Of a stretch of DNA of 52,355 bases, positions 1-9,204 are shown in pieces; the first letter of the stretch is position 1, and every line of letters starts with the position of its first letter. Below the pieces are notes generated by a model that was given only the letters and a program-made list of their open reading frames with translations, was not told where the DNA came from and did no database searches. The translations under genes and the position numbers were made by a program. This stretch comes from an uncultured bacterium (lineage in GTDB: Bacteria; RBG-13-66-14; B26-G2; WVWN01), in assembly GCA_964563535.1 (NCBI GenBank), contig CAZLXP010000002.1, positions 20,567-72,921 on the forward strand, given 5' to 3'.

Positions 1-19
1 GGAAACTACGTGAAAACCG

Positions 20-403
20 TCACTTTCCCGGTTTTTGGGGAATTGTAAACGTAAAGGGGTACCGCACCGTCACGGCGTCGGCGCCCGGGCCGAAGTCCCA
101 CTTCGCTACCGCGGCGGCTACGGCTTCCTCGAAGAGCTTACAACCGGTCGTCCCTTCCAGGACTTCGCTGGCCGTTACCGCGCCCGTGCTCGCGACGGTG
201 AACTTCACGACGACGGTCCCCTCGACGGCCAGGCCGGCGTCGAGGTACGTATTGTAAATGGTAGTTATCTCCGCCTTATGTTGTTCGATGACGGCGGCGA
301 TGTCGCCCGGGTCGCGGCCTGCCGCTTCGCCCAGGGCGAGGCCGGCCGCGGCCGGGATGGCCGCGACTATCGCGCCTATAAGGCAAGCGTATAACGGTTT
401 CAT
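20..403 (-). CDS. Exported protein with AgmX/PglI-type (TonB_C-like) C-terminal domain
   Basis: 127-aa ORF with ATG at 403 and a hydrophobic N-terminus (MKPLYACLIGAIVAAIPAAAG). The C-terminal pattern VVVKFTVASTGAVTASEV...AKWDFGP...VTVRYPFTF is typical of TonB_C/AgmX-PglI domains. It is paralogous to the C-terminus of 507..1205. Confidence 0.5.
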   Translation of the reverse strand: MKPLYACLIGAIVAAIPAAAGLALGEAAGRDPGDIAAVIEQHKAEITTIYNTYLDAGLAVEGTVVVKFTVASTGAVTASEVLEGTTGCKLFEEAVAAAVAKWDFGPGADAVTVRYPFTFTIPQKPGK

Positions 404-506
404 TTTTTAGCGGACGGCGGGAGATAGCCGCAAAACCGGCGAGCGCGAAATCGTCCCGCCTTCGGCGCCCGGGACGTATTCGCGGCCGCCGCGGTCGACA
501 GCCCTT

Positions 507-1205
507 CTATTTCCTACTGTAAAATATGAAAGGGTAGGTTAGCGTGACGTCGTTCGTCGACGGCGTGAAGGTCCATTTATTTATGGCGCGGGCCAACGCC
601 ACCTCGAGCGGTTTCACGTTGACCGTCGACTCGACGACCTCGACGCCGGCGACGCCGCCCGACGCCAGGATGGTGAACCGGACCTTGAGTTTGCCGGCGG
701 CATTCGGGTAGATGTTGAGGTAGTGTTCGTATATCTGCTCCAACTCCCGCTGTTTTATGTCGATTTCAGTTTGGATCTCTGGCCCCGTCCGCGTGCCGCC
801 CGGCTTGACCTTGACGGGAGCCGCGGGCGTCTCGCCCAAGTCGACGGAAGTCGCTATCGCGACCGCGGCTCGAGCCATATCGTTCGCCGGCGACACGCGG
901 CCCTCGTCTTTATCCAGGAGGAATATCATTTCCGCGCTCGCGGCGTCGAGCAAAAACGAATAACGAACGTCGTAGTGGCCGGGGAGGGTTTCGGTCGCGT
1001 CCCAGGCGATAGGTTGGACGGCGTGGCCCTCGGCCTCGAAACCCATAAGTAATCCGTCGACCGCCCGGGCGACGTCCATGAAATAGCCTTCGCCGCGCCA
1101 GCTCTTGACGATGGCTATGGCTTCGTCCTCGCCCGCCGCGCGACATGCCGGCGGCGTCGCCGCGGCCGCGATCAATAACGCCAGCAACTCTATTCTGCGC
1201 GCCAC
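507..1205 (-). CDS. Exported protein with AgmX/PglI-type (TonB_C-like) C-terminal domain
   Basis: 232-aa ORF with a GTG start and a signal-like N-terminus (MARRIELLALLIAAAATPPAC). The C-terminus KLKVRFTILASGGVAGVEVV...INKWTFTPS...VTLTYPFIF shows the same domain pattern as 20..403. Confidence 0.55.
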   Translation of the reverse strand: MARRIELLALLIAAAATPPACRAAGEDEAIAIVKSWRGEGYFMDVARAVDGLLMGFEAEGHAVQPIAWDATETLPGHYDVRYSFLLDAASAEMIFLLDKDEGRVSPANDMARAAVAIATSVDLGETPAAPVKVKPGGTRTGPEIQTEIDIKQRELEQIYEHYLNIYPNAAGKLKVRFTILASGGVAGVEVVESTVNVKPLEVALARAINKWTFTPSTNDVTLTYPFIFYSRK

Positions 1206-1240
1206 GCCCCATTATATAATAAGACGCGCGCGACCGTAAT

Positions 1241-1263
1241 AAAAAAGGCCGCGCCGCGGCCTT
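1241..1263 (-). terminator. Rho-independent terminator after the hdr-flx operon
   Basis: The minus strand reads AAGGCCGC-GGC-GCGGCCTT followed by TTTTTT. That is an 8-bp GC-rich stem with a 3-nt loop, starting about 25 nt after the stop codon at 1289. Confidence 0.65.
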
Positions 1264-1288
1264 CGGGGCTTGGTTCCCGAACCCGTCC

Positions 1289-2134
1289 TTAAAATTCTTG
1301 CGGCAGGGAGAGGATATGTTCGTAGTTGAACACCGGGCCGTCTTTGCAGACGTATACCGAACCGATGTTGCACCGGCCGCATTTACCTACGCCGCATTTC
1401 ATCCTCATCTCCAGCGTGGTCCAGATCTGGCCGGGCGCGTAATCCAATTTTTCCATAAGGGATTTCGCCACCAGCTTGATCATTATAGGCGGTCCGCAAG
1501 TTATGACGACGCGGTTGTCGGGGGAGGGGCGCTCTTCCTCCAGGATGGGGGGAACGAAAGAGGTCCGGCCGCGCCATCCGGGTATCGGTTCGCCCGGGCA
1601 TAACGGGTCGAGCGCAAGGGTTACGTCGATGTCGTCGCGCCCTTCGAACGCGACGAGCTCGCGTTCGTAAACGAGCTCGCACTCCTCGCGCGCGGCGTAG
1701 ATGAGGTCGATGTGCTCGAAATCGCCCCGGTTATCGAGGCAGGTCCATAGGAGGCCGCGGAGCGGCGCCTGGCCGATGCCGCCGCCGATGAACAGCAACT
1801 CCTTCCCTTTGAAATCGTCGTAGGGGAACCAATTGCCGAATGGGCCGCGGAAGGTAATCGCGTCGCCTTCGTTCAGGTTGTGAAAGGCGCGCGTAACCTT
1901 GCCGACCTCTTTGACCGTAATCTCCAGGCCGTCGCGGCTCGGCGGCGACGCGAGACAGAACGCCGCTTCCCCGACGCCGTAGACGCCGAACTCGCCGAAC
2001 TGGCCGCACTTGAAATCGGGCCGGTCGCCGTCCTCGAACGATAGTTGGAACGTCTTTATGGTCGGCGTTTCGGCAACGACGCCGGCGATGCGGACGAGCC
2101 GCGGCACGTATAGACGTTCGGCGCTATTTTCCAT
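1289..2134 (-). CDS. FAD/NAD(P)-binding oxidoreductase subunit with C-terminal [2Fe-2S] (AsrB / sulfide-dehydrogenase gamma / FlxA-like)
   Basis: 281 aa with a ferredoxin-NADP-reductase-like layout (RPDFKCGQFGEF..., LLFIGGGIGQAPL). The C-terminal CGVGKCGRC...C cysteine cluster is typical of AsrB/PyrK-type subunits. It overlaps the upstream gene by 11 nt. Confidence 0.8.
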   Translation of the reverse strand: MENSAERLYVPRLVRIAGVVAETPTIKTFQLSFEDGDRPDFKCGQFGEFGVYGVGEAAFCLASPPSRDGLEITVKEVGKVTRAFHNLNEGDAITFRGPFGNWFPYDDFKGKELLFIGGGIGQAPLRGLLWTCLDNRGDFEHIDLIYAAREECELVYERELVAFEGRDDIDVTLALDPLCPGEPIPGWRGRTSFVPPILEEERPSPDNRVVITCGPPIMIKLVAKSLMEKLDYAPGQIWTTLEMRMKCGVGKCGRCNIGSVYVCKDGPVFNYEHILSLPQEF

Positions 2135-3209
2135 GGCGCGCGCCGCCCGGGGGCGTGTCCTTTAAGCCGCCGAAATATTCGACCAGCTCTTTGATGTTTA
2201 TCTTTACCGGACAGTACGTAATACACCTGCCGCAACCCGTACAGAGCAGGGGCCCGAAACGCTCGGGGTAATACCAGAATTTGTGAAGGAGCCGTTGGCG
2301 GTAGCGCTTATATTGCCGGTCGCGGGGTTGGTGCGCCGCCATGGCGGTAAAAGTCCGGCCGGTGCAGTGGTCCCACGTGCGGAGGCGGCGCCCGCCGACG
2401 GTGCCGCCCTCGTCCTGGATGTCGAAGCAGTGGCACGTCGGGCAGGTATACGTGCATATCCCGCAACCGATACACGTGCTCACCAGAATTTCCCAGTCGG
2501 CGTGTTCAAACGCTTTTTCCAGGCCGGCTCGAGCCGCTTCGAGCATCGGCTCCTTTTTCGTCGTCCCCGCTTTTTCCTGGAAAGCCCGTATCGAACTTTC
2601 GGCGTCGCCCCCTTCGGGGTTGAAGAGCTCTTTGTACCGTGCGACGAGGTTGCGGCCTTTTTCGGTCTGGACCTTCACTAGATAATAATCCTCGAGCGGA
2701 TAAGCGACGGCGTCGACGCTTTCCTCGGCGTACGATATGCGGTCGCAGAAGCAATCTTGTTGCGAAATAGTGCACGCGAGGGCGAATTGGGTCGTCGCGG
2801 CGCGCCGATTTAAGTACGGGTCGTCGAGATAGTCCCAAGTGAAGACGTGGTCTATGACGTCGAACGCCGCGGCGTCGCACATATTGACGCCGAAGAGGAG
2901 GATTTCGCGCGCGGGCCCCGCCGCTCCTTCGGCCCGTATTTTCTCGCCCTCGCGCTCGTACCGGACCAACGTTTCGGTTTGGGGCAGCGCGAACGTTTTG
3001 GCGGACATCGGCGGCTGTTGGTCGACGAAGCCGACGTCGTCGAAGGTGGCGGGTCGACCATATATGAGGTTGTTATTCGCGTCTCGCGTCTTCGCGACGA
3101 CGTCGTAATCGGCCAGGGCACGGTCGAAGAGCTCAGCGACCTTGTCCAGGTTAGATCTGTAATACTCCGCGGCCATCAGGTTAAAGGATAAAGTCCTCTT
3201 TGTCCGCAC
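2124..3209 (-). CDS. 4Fe-4S dicluster protein (AsrA / FlxB-like iron-sulfur subunit)
   Basis: 361 aa with CIGCGICTYTCPTCHC and CTGCGRCITYCP ferredoxin motifs and AsrA-like length. An alternative ATG at 3176 (MAAEYY...) would remove the overlap with 3181..4065. Confidence 0.75.
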   Translation of the reverse strand: MRTKRTLSFNLMAAEYYRSNLDKVAELFDRALADYDVVAKTRDANNNLIYGRPATFDDVGFVDQQPPMSAKTFALPQTETLVRYEREGEKIRAEGAAGPAREILLFGVNMCDAAAFDVIDHVFTWDYLDDPYLNRRAATTQFALACTISQQDCFCDRISYAEESVDAVAYPLEDYYLVKVQTEKGRNLVARYKELFNPEGGDAESSIRAFQEKAGTTKKEPMLEAARAGLEKAFEHADWEILVSTCIGCGICTYTCPTCHCFDIQDEGGTVGGRRLRTWDHCTGRTFTAMAAHQPRDRQYKRYRQRLLHKFWYYPERFGPLLCTGCGRCITYCPVKINIKELVEYFGGLKDTPPGGARHGK

Positions 3210-4065
3210 GTTCGTAGTCGATGAGCGCCGGTTTCGCCTCGGCCGTTTCGCCGGAAACGTAGCCGAAGCGCTCCGCGAAGTCGCGCGACAGGACGTTATT
3301 CAATACGTCGACCGGTATTCCCGCCGGGCAGGCCCGCGAGCATTCCTGGCACTCGATGCAGCGGCCGGCGAGGTGTAGCGCGCGTATCAGGTGGTAATGG
3401 AGGTTGTTTTCCGGCGCGACCGATTTATCGACCCACTGCGGTTTGTTGTCCTCGACGAAGCACTGGTGGCAGTAACACAGCGGACAGGCCAACCGGCAGG
3501 CGTAGCAGCGGATGCAGAGCGACATCTGCTCCCGCCACCACGCCAGCCGCTCGTCGGCCGGCATTTTTTCGACCTCTTCGAGCAAAGGCCACCCCTCGGC
3601 GGGCGCTGGCGTGCTGACGCGCTCGCCGACGAAGACGTCCGCTGAGGGCGTGTTGCGCTCCACGCAGCGCCGACACTTCTCCTGCCAGTGCGATTCGCCC
3701 AAGGCTGTGAGGTCGGGTTCGGCTTGCGGTAGTTTGCGGGGGTCGACCATGGTGGGGCAGGGGACGCCGACGACTACCAACTTGGCGCGTTCGATTTGCC
3801 CCTCGGCCGCCAGGACGTTAAGGGTGCGCACTTCGCATTGTTTGCATACTAAGCCCACGCGGAAGCCGCGAAGCTCCGGCAAGAAGGCCGCGAGGTTATT
3901 GTACGACTTGCGGTCGAAGGTAAGGCGGCTCAGGTCCGAGTCTTTGGTCAGGATGGCCGGCAACGTATGGCCGTAATCCTCTACATAGCCGACGAAGTAA
4001 TCTATCCGGTCGTCGTCGAATAGTTTCTTGACCGCGGCTTGGAGCTCTTCTTTAATCGTCGCCAT
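3181..4065 (-). CDS. 4Fe-4S iron-sulfur protein (FlxC-like / hydrogenase-type FeS subunit)
   Basis: 294 aa with CIRCYACRLACPLCYC and CIECQECSRACPAG motifs. It overlaps mvhD by 14 nt. Confidence 0.7.
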   Translation of the reverse strand: MATIKEELQAAVKKLFDDDRIDYFVGYVEDYGHTLPAILTKDSDLSRLTFDRKSYNNLAAFLPELRGFRVGLVCKQCEVRTLNVLAAEGQIERAKLVVVGVPCPTMVDPRKLPQAEPDLTALGESHWQEKCRRCVERNTPSADVFVGERVSTPAPAEGWPLLEEVEKMPADERLAWWREQMSLCIRCYACRLACPLCYCHQCFVEDNKPQWVDKSVAPENNLHYHLIRALHLAGRCIECQECSRACPAGIPVDVLNNVLSRDFAERFGYVSGETAEAKPALIDYERADKEDFIL

Positions 4066-4510
4066 GCTCTTCGTAGCGGAACGGGCCGGCCTCGAGCAAC
4101 TCCTTCGTTACGGCCTCGACGACGTTGGCCCATTTGCGGCCTTCCGACGCCGAGACCCAGGAGACGCGAAAGCGGCGCGGGTCGACGCCGACGTGGTCCA
4201 GCAGCTGTTTGAGGGCGATGAACTTGCGCCGGGCGTAGTAGTTGCCCTCGATGTAGTGGCAGTCGCCGGGGTGGCAGCCCGAGACGAGGACGCCGTCCGC
4301 GCCCTCGCGGAAGGCGCGGAGTATCATGAGCGGGTCCACCCGGGCGGAGCACGGCACCCGGATGATGCGGACGTTGCACGCGTACGGGATGCGGCTGGTG
4401 CCCGCCAGGTCCGCGCCGGCGTAAGAACACCAGTTGCACAGGAAACCTACGATGTTGGGTTCCCACGGGGTCGCCGTCGCGGGCGCCTCTCGTTTTTCTT
4501 CCTCAGACAT
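4052..4510 (-). CDS. mvhD: MvhD/FlxD-type hydrogenase delta-subunit-like [2Fe-2S] protein
   Basis: 152 aa. GFLCNWCSYAGADLAG ... VPCSARVDP ... GVLVSGCHPGDCHY is the characteristic MvhD signature. It sits immediately downstream of hdrA with an 8-nt overlap. Confidence 0.9.
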   Translation of the reverse strand: MSEEEKREAPATATPWEPNIVGFLCNWCSYAGADLAGTSRIPYACNVRIIRVPCSARVDPLMILRAFREGADGVLVSGCHPGDCHYIEGNYYARRKFIALKQLLDHVGVDPRRFRVSWVSASEGRKWANVVEAVTKELLEAGPFRYEEHGDD

Positions 4511-6509
4511 TATACTTCTTCGCGCGGCCGCGCTCGAGGTAACCGCCCAATTCGGCGTAAACCTGGTCGTCGCTGAAGCCGCGTTGGTCGATGACGTCGC
4601 CGGGGCACGCGGCGACGCACAGGCCGCAGCCCTCGCATTTGGCCTCGTTAATCTTCGAGACCGGCCGCGTTACCTTCTTGCCGTCTATGGTCATCGTGAT
4701 TTCGGCCTTCTCCGGCGCGCCGAAGGGGCATACGTTGACGCAATTCCAGCAGCCGGTGCAGATGAACGGGTCGACTACGGCTATCGTCGGGTCCCGGGTG
4801 ATGGATTCTTTCGAAAGTAAGCCCAGTACCTTGGAGGCCGCGGCGGACGCCTGCGCCACCGAGTCCGGGATATCTTTCGGCGCCTGGCAGCAACCGGCCA
4901 GGAATACGCCGGCCGTCGCCGTGTCCACCGGCCTGAGCTTGGGGTGCGCCTCGTTGAAGAAGCCGTCCTTATCCGTCGAGACGCCGAGTACGCGGGCCAG
5001 CTCTTCGGTCCCCTTGGGCGGCACCATCGCGGTGGCCAGAACGACCAGGTCCGCGGCGACCTCTACTTGTTCGCCCGAGAGCGTGTCCTGGCCCTCGACG
5101 ATTACCTTGCCGCCCTCGTCGTAGACGCGGGAGACGCGGCCGCGGAGGTATTCCGCTTCCTCTTCGACGCACGCCCGCCGCCAAAATTCCTCGTAACCTT
5201 TGCCGCCCGCGCGCACGTCGATATAGAATAAATATGCTTTGGCGTCGTGGACGCGGTGCTTGAGGATGATGGCGTGTTTGGCGTTGTACATGCAGCATAT
5301 TCTCGAGCAGTACTCTTTATATTTGTCGTCGCGCGAACCGACGCAGTGGACGAAGACGACCACCTTGGGCTCTTCGCCGTTCGACGGCCTTATGATTTTA
5401 CCCTCCGTCGGGCCGCTGGCCGACGACATCCGTTCGAATTGCAAACCGGTTATGACGTCCGGAATGGCGCCGTACCGAAATTCGCCCATCTGGGTATGGT
5501 CGAGAAGGTCGTAGCCGGTGGCCACGACTATGGCGCCTACCTCTACCTCCTCCAGCTCGTCCTCTTGCTCGAAGTCAATGGCGCCGCGCAGGCAAGCCTT
5601 CTCGCAGGCGCGGCACTTTCCGGTTTTGAAGAAGACGCAGTTTTCGCGGTCGATGACGGGTTTATTGGGAACGGCCTGCGGGAACGGGACGTAGATGGCG
5701 GTGCGGTTGCCGACGCCGAAGTCGAACTCGCTGGGGATTTTCTTATAGGGGCACTTGCGCCAACAGTCGCCGCAGCCGTTGCAAAGGTCGCGATTTACGT
5801 ACGTCGCCTTCTTGCGGATGGTTACCTTGAAGTTGCCGACGGCGCCGTCGACCTTTTCCACTTCGCAGTAGGTGTAAAGTTTTATCAACTTACTGCGAGC
5901 CGCGTCCACCATCTTGGGGGTGAGAATGCACTGCGAGCAGTCGAGGGTGGGGAAGGTCTCGTCTAACCCCGCCATTTTGCCGCCGATGGAGGGCGTCCGC
6001 TCGACGAGGATGGTCTCGACGCCGCCGTCGGCGACGTCGAGCGCCGCCTGAATGCCCGCCACGCCGCCGCCGATGACCAGCGCCCGCCTGGTGACCGGGA
6101 CCACGATGGGCTCGAGGGGGAGGCTCTGCGCCACCCGGGCTACCATCATGCGGACGGCGTCGACGGCCTTGGCCGTCGCCTCGCCCACGTCCTTGTGCAC
6201 CCACGAGCAGTGCTCGCGGATATTGGCCATCTGCATGCGGTACGGGTTTATGCCGGCTTCGGCGGCGACGGCGCGGAAAGTCGGCTCGTGCATCCGGGGC
6301 GAGCAAGCGGCGACGACGATGCCGTCGAGTTTATGCTCGCGCGCGGCGTCCAGGATCATCTTCTGGCCCGGGTCGGAGCACATATACTTATAATTGGCCG
6401 CGTAGACCACGTGCGGCAGCTTCGCCGCGGCCTGGGTGACCTTTTCGACGTCTACCGTGGAGGCGATGTTCGCCCCGCACCAACAGACGAATACGCCTAC
6501 GCGAGCCAT
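4503..6509 (-). CDS. hdrA: Heterodisulfide reductase subunit A (FAD, multiple FeS)
   Basis: 668 aa. N-terminal VFVCWCGANI, dinucleotide fold ALVIGGGVAGIQAALD, and several Cx2Cx2Cx3CP ferredoxin motifs (CNGCGDCWRKCP, CTGCWNCVNVCP, CEGCGLCVAACP). Confidence 0.93.
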   Translation of the reverse strand: MARVGVFVCWCGANIASTVDVEKVTQAAAKLPHVVYAANYKYMCSDPGQKMILDAAREHKLDGIVVAACSPRMHEPTFRAVAAEAGINPYRMQMANIREHCSWVHKDVGEATAKAVDAVRMMVARVAQSLPLEPIVVPVTRRALVIGGGVAGIQAALDVADGGVETILVERTPSIGGKMAGLDETFPTLDCSQCILTPKMVDAARSKLIKLYTYCEVEKVDGAVGNFKVTIRKKATYVNRDLCNGCGDCWRKCPYKKIPSEFDFGVGNRTAIYVPFPQAVPNKPVIDRENCVFFKTGKCRACEKACLRGAIDFEQEDELEEVEVGAIVVATGYDLLDHTQMGEFRYGAIPDVITGLQFERMSSASGPTEGKIIRPSNGEEPKVVVFVHCVGSRDDKYKEYCSRICCMYNAKHAIILKHRVHDAKAYLFYIDVRAGGKGYEEFWRRACVEEEAEYLRGRVSRVYDEGGKVIVEGQDTLSGEQVEVAADLVVLATAMVPPKGTEELARVLGVSTDKDGFFNEAHPKLRPVDTATAGVFLAGCCQAPKDIPDSVAQASAAASKVLGLLSKESITRDPTIAVVDPFICTGCWNCVNVCPFGAPEKAEITMTIDGKKVTRPVSKINEAKCEGCGLCVAACPGDVIDQRGFSDDQVYAELGGYLERGRAKKYNV

Positions 6510-7399
6510 TATCCTTGGGCCGCCGCGGCTTCGGCGCGGCCGGTTTTTATCTTTTTAATCAAGGCCGAGGTATCCACCATGATTTTTTTGAAGCCGAGGT
6601 CGTCGCTCGAGTAACCCATACATAATCCCATCAGCTGAGTAAAATAAACCGCCGGGATGCGTTCCCGTATGCCGAGTCGTTTGAGTATGGCCGGCTGGCG
6701 CAAGTCGAGGTTGGATTGGCACATGGGGCAGGCTACGACGACGGCGTCGGCGCCGGCTTTCAACGCCGAGGCGATTATTTTACCCGTCATGTGGTGAACG
6801 ATATCCGTGCGGGATAGCGAGAACGCGGCGCCGCAGCAGATGACGCGATGGGGCCAGTCCAACACGTCGGCGCCGCAGAGCTCTATAAGGCGGTCCATGG
6901 AACGTGGCTCTTCCATGTCGTCGAAGGCCGCGACGTCCTTGGGGCGGGTAAGCAGGCAGCCGTAGTAACAAACTACCTTAACGCCGCCCAGGGCCCCTTG
7001 GAGCTTAGCTTTGACTTCTTCTTCCGGCACGTCGTTGGCGATTATGTCGAGCAGGTGGCGGATGGCGACGCCCGCGCGGTACGGCCGTCCCATGGCCTTT
7101 TCAACCTCGCCGCGAAGACGGGGGTTCTGCCGCAAGTTTACGTCGGTATAGCGAAGGCGATTGTAGCAGGCGGCGCAGGGGGCGGCGACGGCGTCCTCGG
7201 TGGCGCTGGTTATAGTATGCGCCGGGAGCGCGTAGGCGAGGAGTTCGTTTACGGAATGAGCGGACGTCGCGCCGCAGCACGCCCACCCCCGGATGTCGAC
7301 CAGTTCAATACCCAGCGTCTTGCAGACGGCCCGGGCCGATTGGTCGTACTCCACCGCCGTCGAGTGAAGGGTGCAGCCGGGATAATAACTAAACTTCAC
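6509..7399 (-). CDS. hdrB: Heterodisulfide reductase subunit B (two CCG domains)
   Basis: 296 aa with two CCG motifs (GWACCGATSAH, VICCGAAFSL) plus CPMCQ. There is a 1-nt overlap with hdrA and an 11-nt overlap with hdrC. Confidence 0.9.
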   Translation of the reverse strand: MKFSYYPGCTLHSTAVEYDQSARAVCKTLGIELVDIRGWACCGATSAHSVNELLAYALPAHTITSATEDAVAAPCAACYNRLRYTDVNLRQNPRLRGEVEKAMGRPYRAGVAIRHLLDIIANDVPEEEVKAKLQGALGGVKVVCYYGCLLTRPKDVAAFDDMEEPRSMDRLIELCGADVLDWPHRVICCGAAFSLSRTDIVHHMTGKIIASALKAGADAVVVACPMCQSNLDLRQPAILKRLGIRERIPAVYFTQLMGLCMGYSSDDLGFKKIMVDTSALIKKIKTGRAEAAAAQG

Positions 7400-7958
7400 C
7401 GCGCGGCGCCTCCTCGCGGCTATACTTGAAGATGCGGCGGACGGCGGCGTTGTCCGCGCCGCGGCCGGGCATAAGTTTTATCTTTCCTTTGAAAACCATA
7501 CCCGGGGCCGCGGTAAAATCTTTAAGCAAGTGGCCGCTCAGCAAGTTATTGAGCATTATCAGGCCGGGTTCGTATAGGCGCCCGAACCACTCGACGGTCT
7601 TGAGGAAAGCTTTGTGGAACATGGGCACCGGGCGTTCGCCCGACGTCATCCCTCGGCGATACGCGTCGTGGCGCAGCACTTCCATTATCTCTTTAATTTC
7701 TACGTTGCGCGGGCACCGCGCCGAACACATTTCGCAACTCGAGCATACCCAGTAAGAGTTCTGGTCTAACGCGCGGTCGTAAAGGCCGAGTTGAAGTAGC
7801 CTAATAATGCGGTTGGGCGGCTCGGCCATCGCGTAGGCCGCCGGGCAGCCGGCGGAGCATTTGCCGCACTGGTAACACTGGCTCAGCGGGTGGCCGAGCT
7901 GGGCTTCCATCCGGGCAAGGGTTTTTTTGATTTCGGGGTTTTCGCTTAGACGGATCAC
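7389..7958 (-). CDS. hdrC: Heterodisulfide reductase subunit C (2x[4Fe-4S])
   Basis: 189 aa with a GTG start. CYQCGKCSAGCP and CSSCEMCSARCP motifs at HdrC spacing. Confidence 0.88.
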   Translation of the reverse strand: MIRLSENPEIKKTLARMEAQLGHPLSQCYQCGKCSAGCPAAYAMAEPPNRIIRLLQLGLYDRALDQNSYWVCSSCEMCSARCPRNVEIKEIMEVLRHDAYRRGMTSGERPVPMFHKAFLKTVEWFGRLYEPGLIMLNNLLSGHLLKDFTAAPGMVFKGKIKLMPGRGADNAAVRRIFKYSREEAPRGEV

Positions 7959-8010
7959 GGAAACGCGTCAATATAAATCGTCGTAGAAATCGCGGTAGGT
8001 TAGCAGCGCC

Positions 8011-8126
8011 GAAAGTATAACGTGGGACGTTTCACATCGGTCGATAAAAAAGCGGCCGGCCCGTCGACCGACTTATTAGTATAGCATTTCGACAATCAGG
8101 AATCAAGGGGAACACGTTATACTTTC
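8011..8126. repeat. Perfect 14-bp inverted repeat (GAAAGTATAACGTG / CACGTTATACTTTC) with 88-bp spacer
   Basis: Arms at 8011..8024 and 8113..8126 were read directly from the sequence. They bracket the predicted hdr promoter at 8078..8106. Confidence 0.9.
8078..8106 (-). promoter_or_regulatory. Predicted sigma70-type promoter of hdrCBA-mvhD-flxCBA
   Basis: The minus strand reads TTGATT (8106..8101), a 17-nt spacer, then TATACT (8083..8078). It lies about 115 nt upstream of the hdrC GTG. Confidence 0.5.
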
Positions 8127-8188
8127 CGGAAATAACGATCGGCGTTCGCGCGTTAACCGTACGCGGCGGTCGCGGCGGTGGCGGCGTA

Positions 8189-9190
8189 TCACGTGCGCCG
8201 GCCCTTTATCTCTTTGATTAAAGCGGGTATTACTTCGTAGAGGTCGCCGACGATGCCGTAGGTCGCGACCTTGAAGATGGGCGCTTCCTCGTCTTTATTT
8301 ATGGCGACGATGACGTCCGACGTGCCCATGCCGGCGAGGTGTTGGACCGCGCCCGAGATGCCGCACGCGACGTATAGTTTCGGGCTTACGGTTCGGCCCG
8401 TTTGGCCTACCTGACACGCGTACTCGATCCAACCGGCGTCGACCGCGGCGCGCGAGGCGCCCACCGCGGCCCCCAGACACGCGGCGAGTTCTTTGACGAG
8501 TTCGAAGCCCTCCGGTTTGCCCAGCCCCCGGCCGCCGGATACGATTATATCCGCCTCGCCCAGGTTTACGGTTTCCTTGGCCTCCAGGAATGAGACGACT
8601 TCGGTTACGTCGTCGTCGGCCGTCAGGTTGACGTCGAAAGCGACTACTTCGCCCGCGCGCGCCGGATCCGGCTCGAGGGCTTTCATCACTTTAGGGCGTA
8701 CGGTCGCGAACTGGGGCCGGGCGACCGGCGTTACCCAGTCGCTCATCACCCGGCCGCCGCAACTCACGCGCGTCTGCTTCAAAAGGCCGGCGTCGTTTAT
8801 TTCCAAGCCAACGCAATCCGCGGTAAGGCCGGTCCGTAAGTACGTGGCCGCGGCCGCGGCCAGGTCCCGGCCGTGCGTCGTCGCCCCGGCGAGGAGCACT
8901 GCCGGCTTAGTTTCTTGCGCGAGTTGGGCGAGGGCTTTGGCGTACGGCCGCGGCCTGAAGTCTCTCAACAAGTCGTGCTCGACGACGTAAACTTTATCCG
9001 CGCCCGCGGCGAAAAGCTCGGGTGCCACGTCCGCGGCCCCCGGGCCGAATACGGCCGCGGCGAGTTCGGCGCTCAGTTTGTCGGCCAGGTCGCGGCCTTT
9101 GCCGAGGAGTTCGGCGCCCACCGGCGCGGCCGTGCCGTCCCGGCGCCGTTCGATATAGACTAAAATACCCTTACGCTCGTCGTCAGCCAT
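8189..9190 (-). CDS. etfA: Electron transfer flavoprotein alpha subunit
   Basis: 333 aa. The C-terminal FAD-binding region (IVSGGRGLG..., [19 protein letters not shown]...VIVAINKD) is diagnostic of EtfA. Confidence 0.92.
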   Translation of the reverse strand: MADDERKGILVYIERRRDGTAAPVGAELLGKGRDLADKLSAELAAAVFGPGAADVAPELFAAGADKVYVVEHDLLRDFRPRPYAKALAQLAQETKPAVLLAGATTHGRDLAAAAATYLRTGLTADCVGLEINDAGLLKQTRVSCGGRVMSDWVTPVARPQFATVRPKVMKALEPDPARAGEVVAFDVNLTADDDVTEVVSFLEAKETVNLGEADIIVSGGRGLGKPEGFELVKELAACLGAAVGASRAAVDAGWIEYACQVGQTGRTVSPKLYVACGISGAVQHLAGMGTSDVIVAINKDEEAPIFKVATYGIVGDLYEVIPALIKEIKGRRT

Positions 9191-9204
9191 CGTTTCGCCC
9201 TCGA

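Noticed and set aside
35-394. Long antisense or out-of-frame ORFs throughout the track (for example 35..394 +, 5247..5966 +, 10786..11256 -, 28579..28929 -, 38847..39413 -, 41428..41634 -).
   Set aside because: They lie entirely inside, and opposite to or out of frame with, genes that have unambiguous family signatures. They are Arg/Pro/Gly/Ala-rich, as expected of shadow ORFs in high-GC DNA. None has an RBS or a recognisable motif.
8020-8037. Rex (redox repressor) operator in the hdr upstream region.
   Set aside because: Only the right half-site (TTCACAT versus TTCACAA) matches. The left half matches 3 of 7 positions, which is not enough to call.
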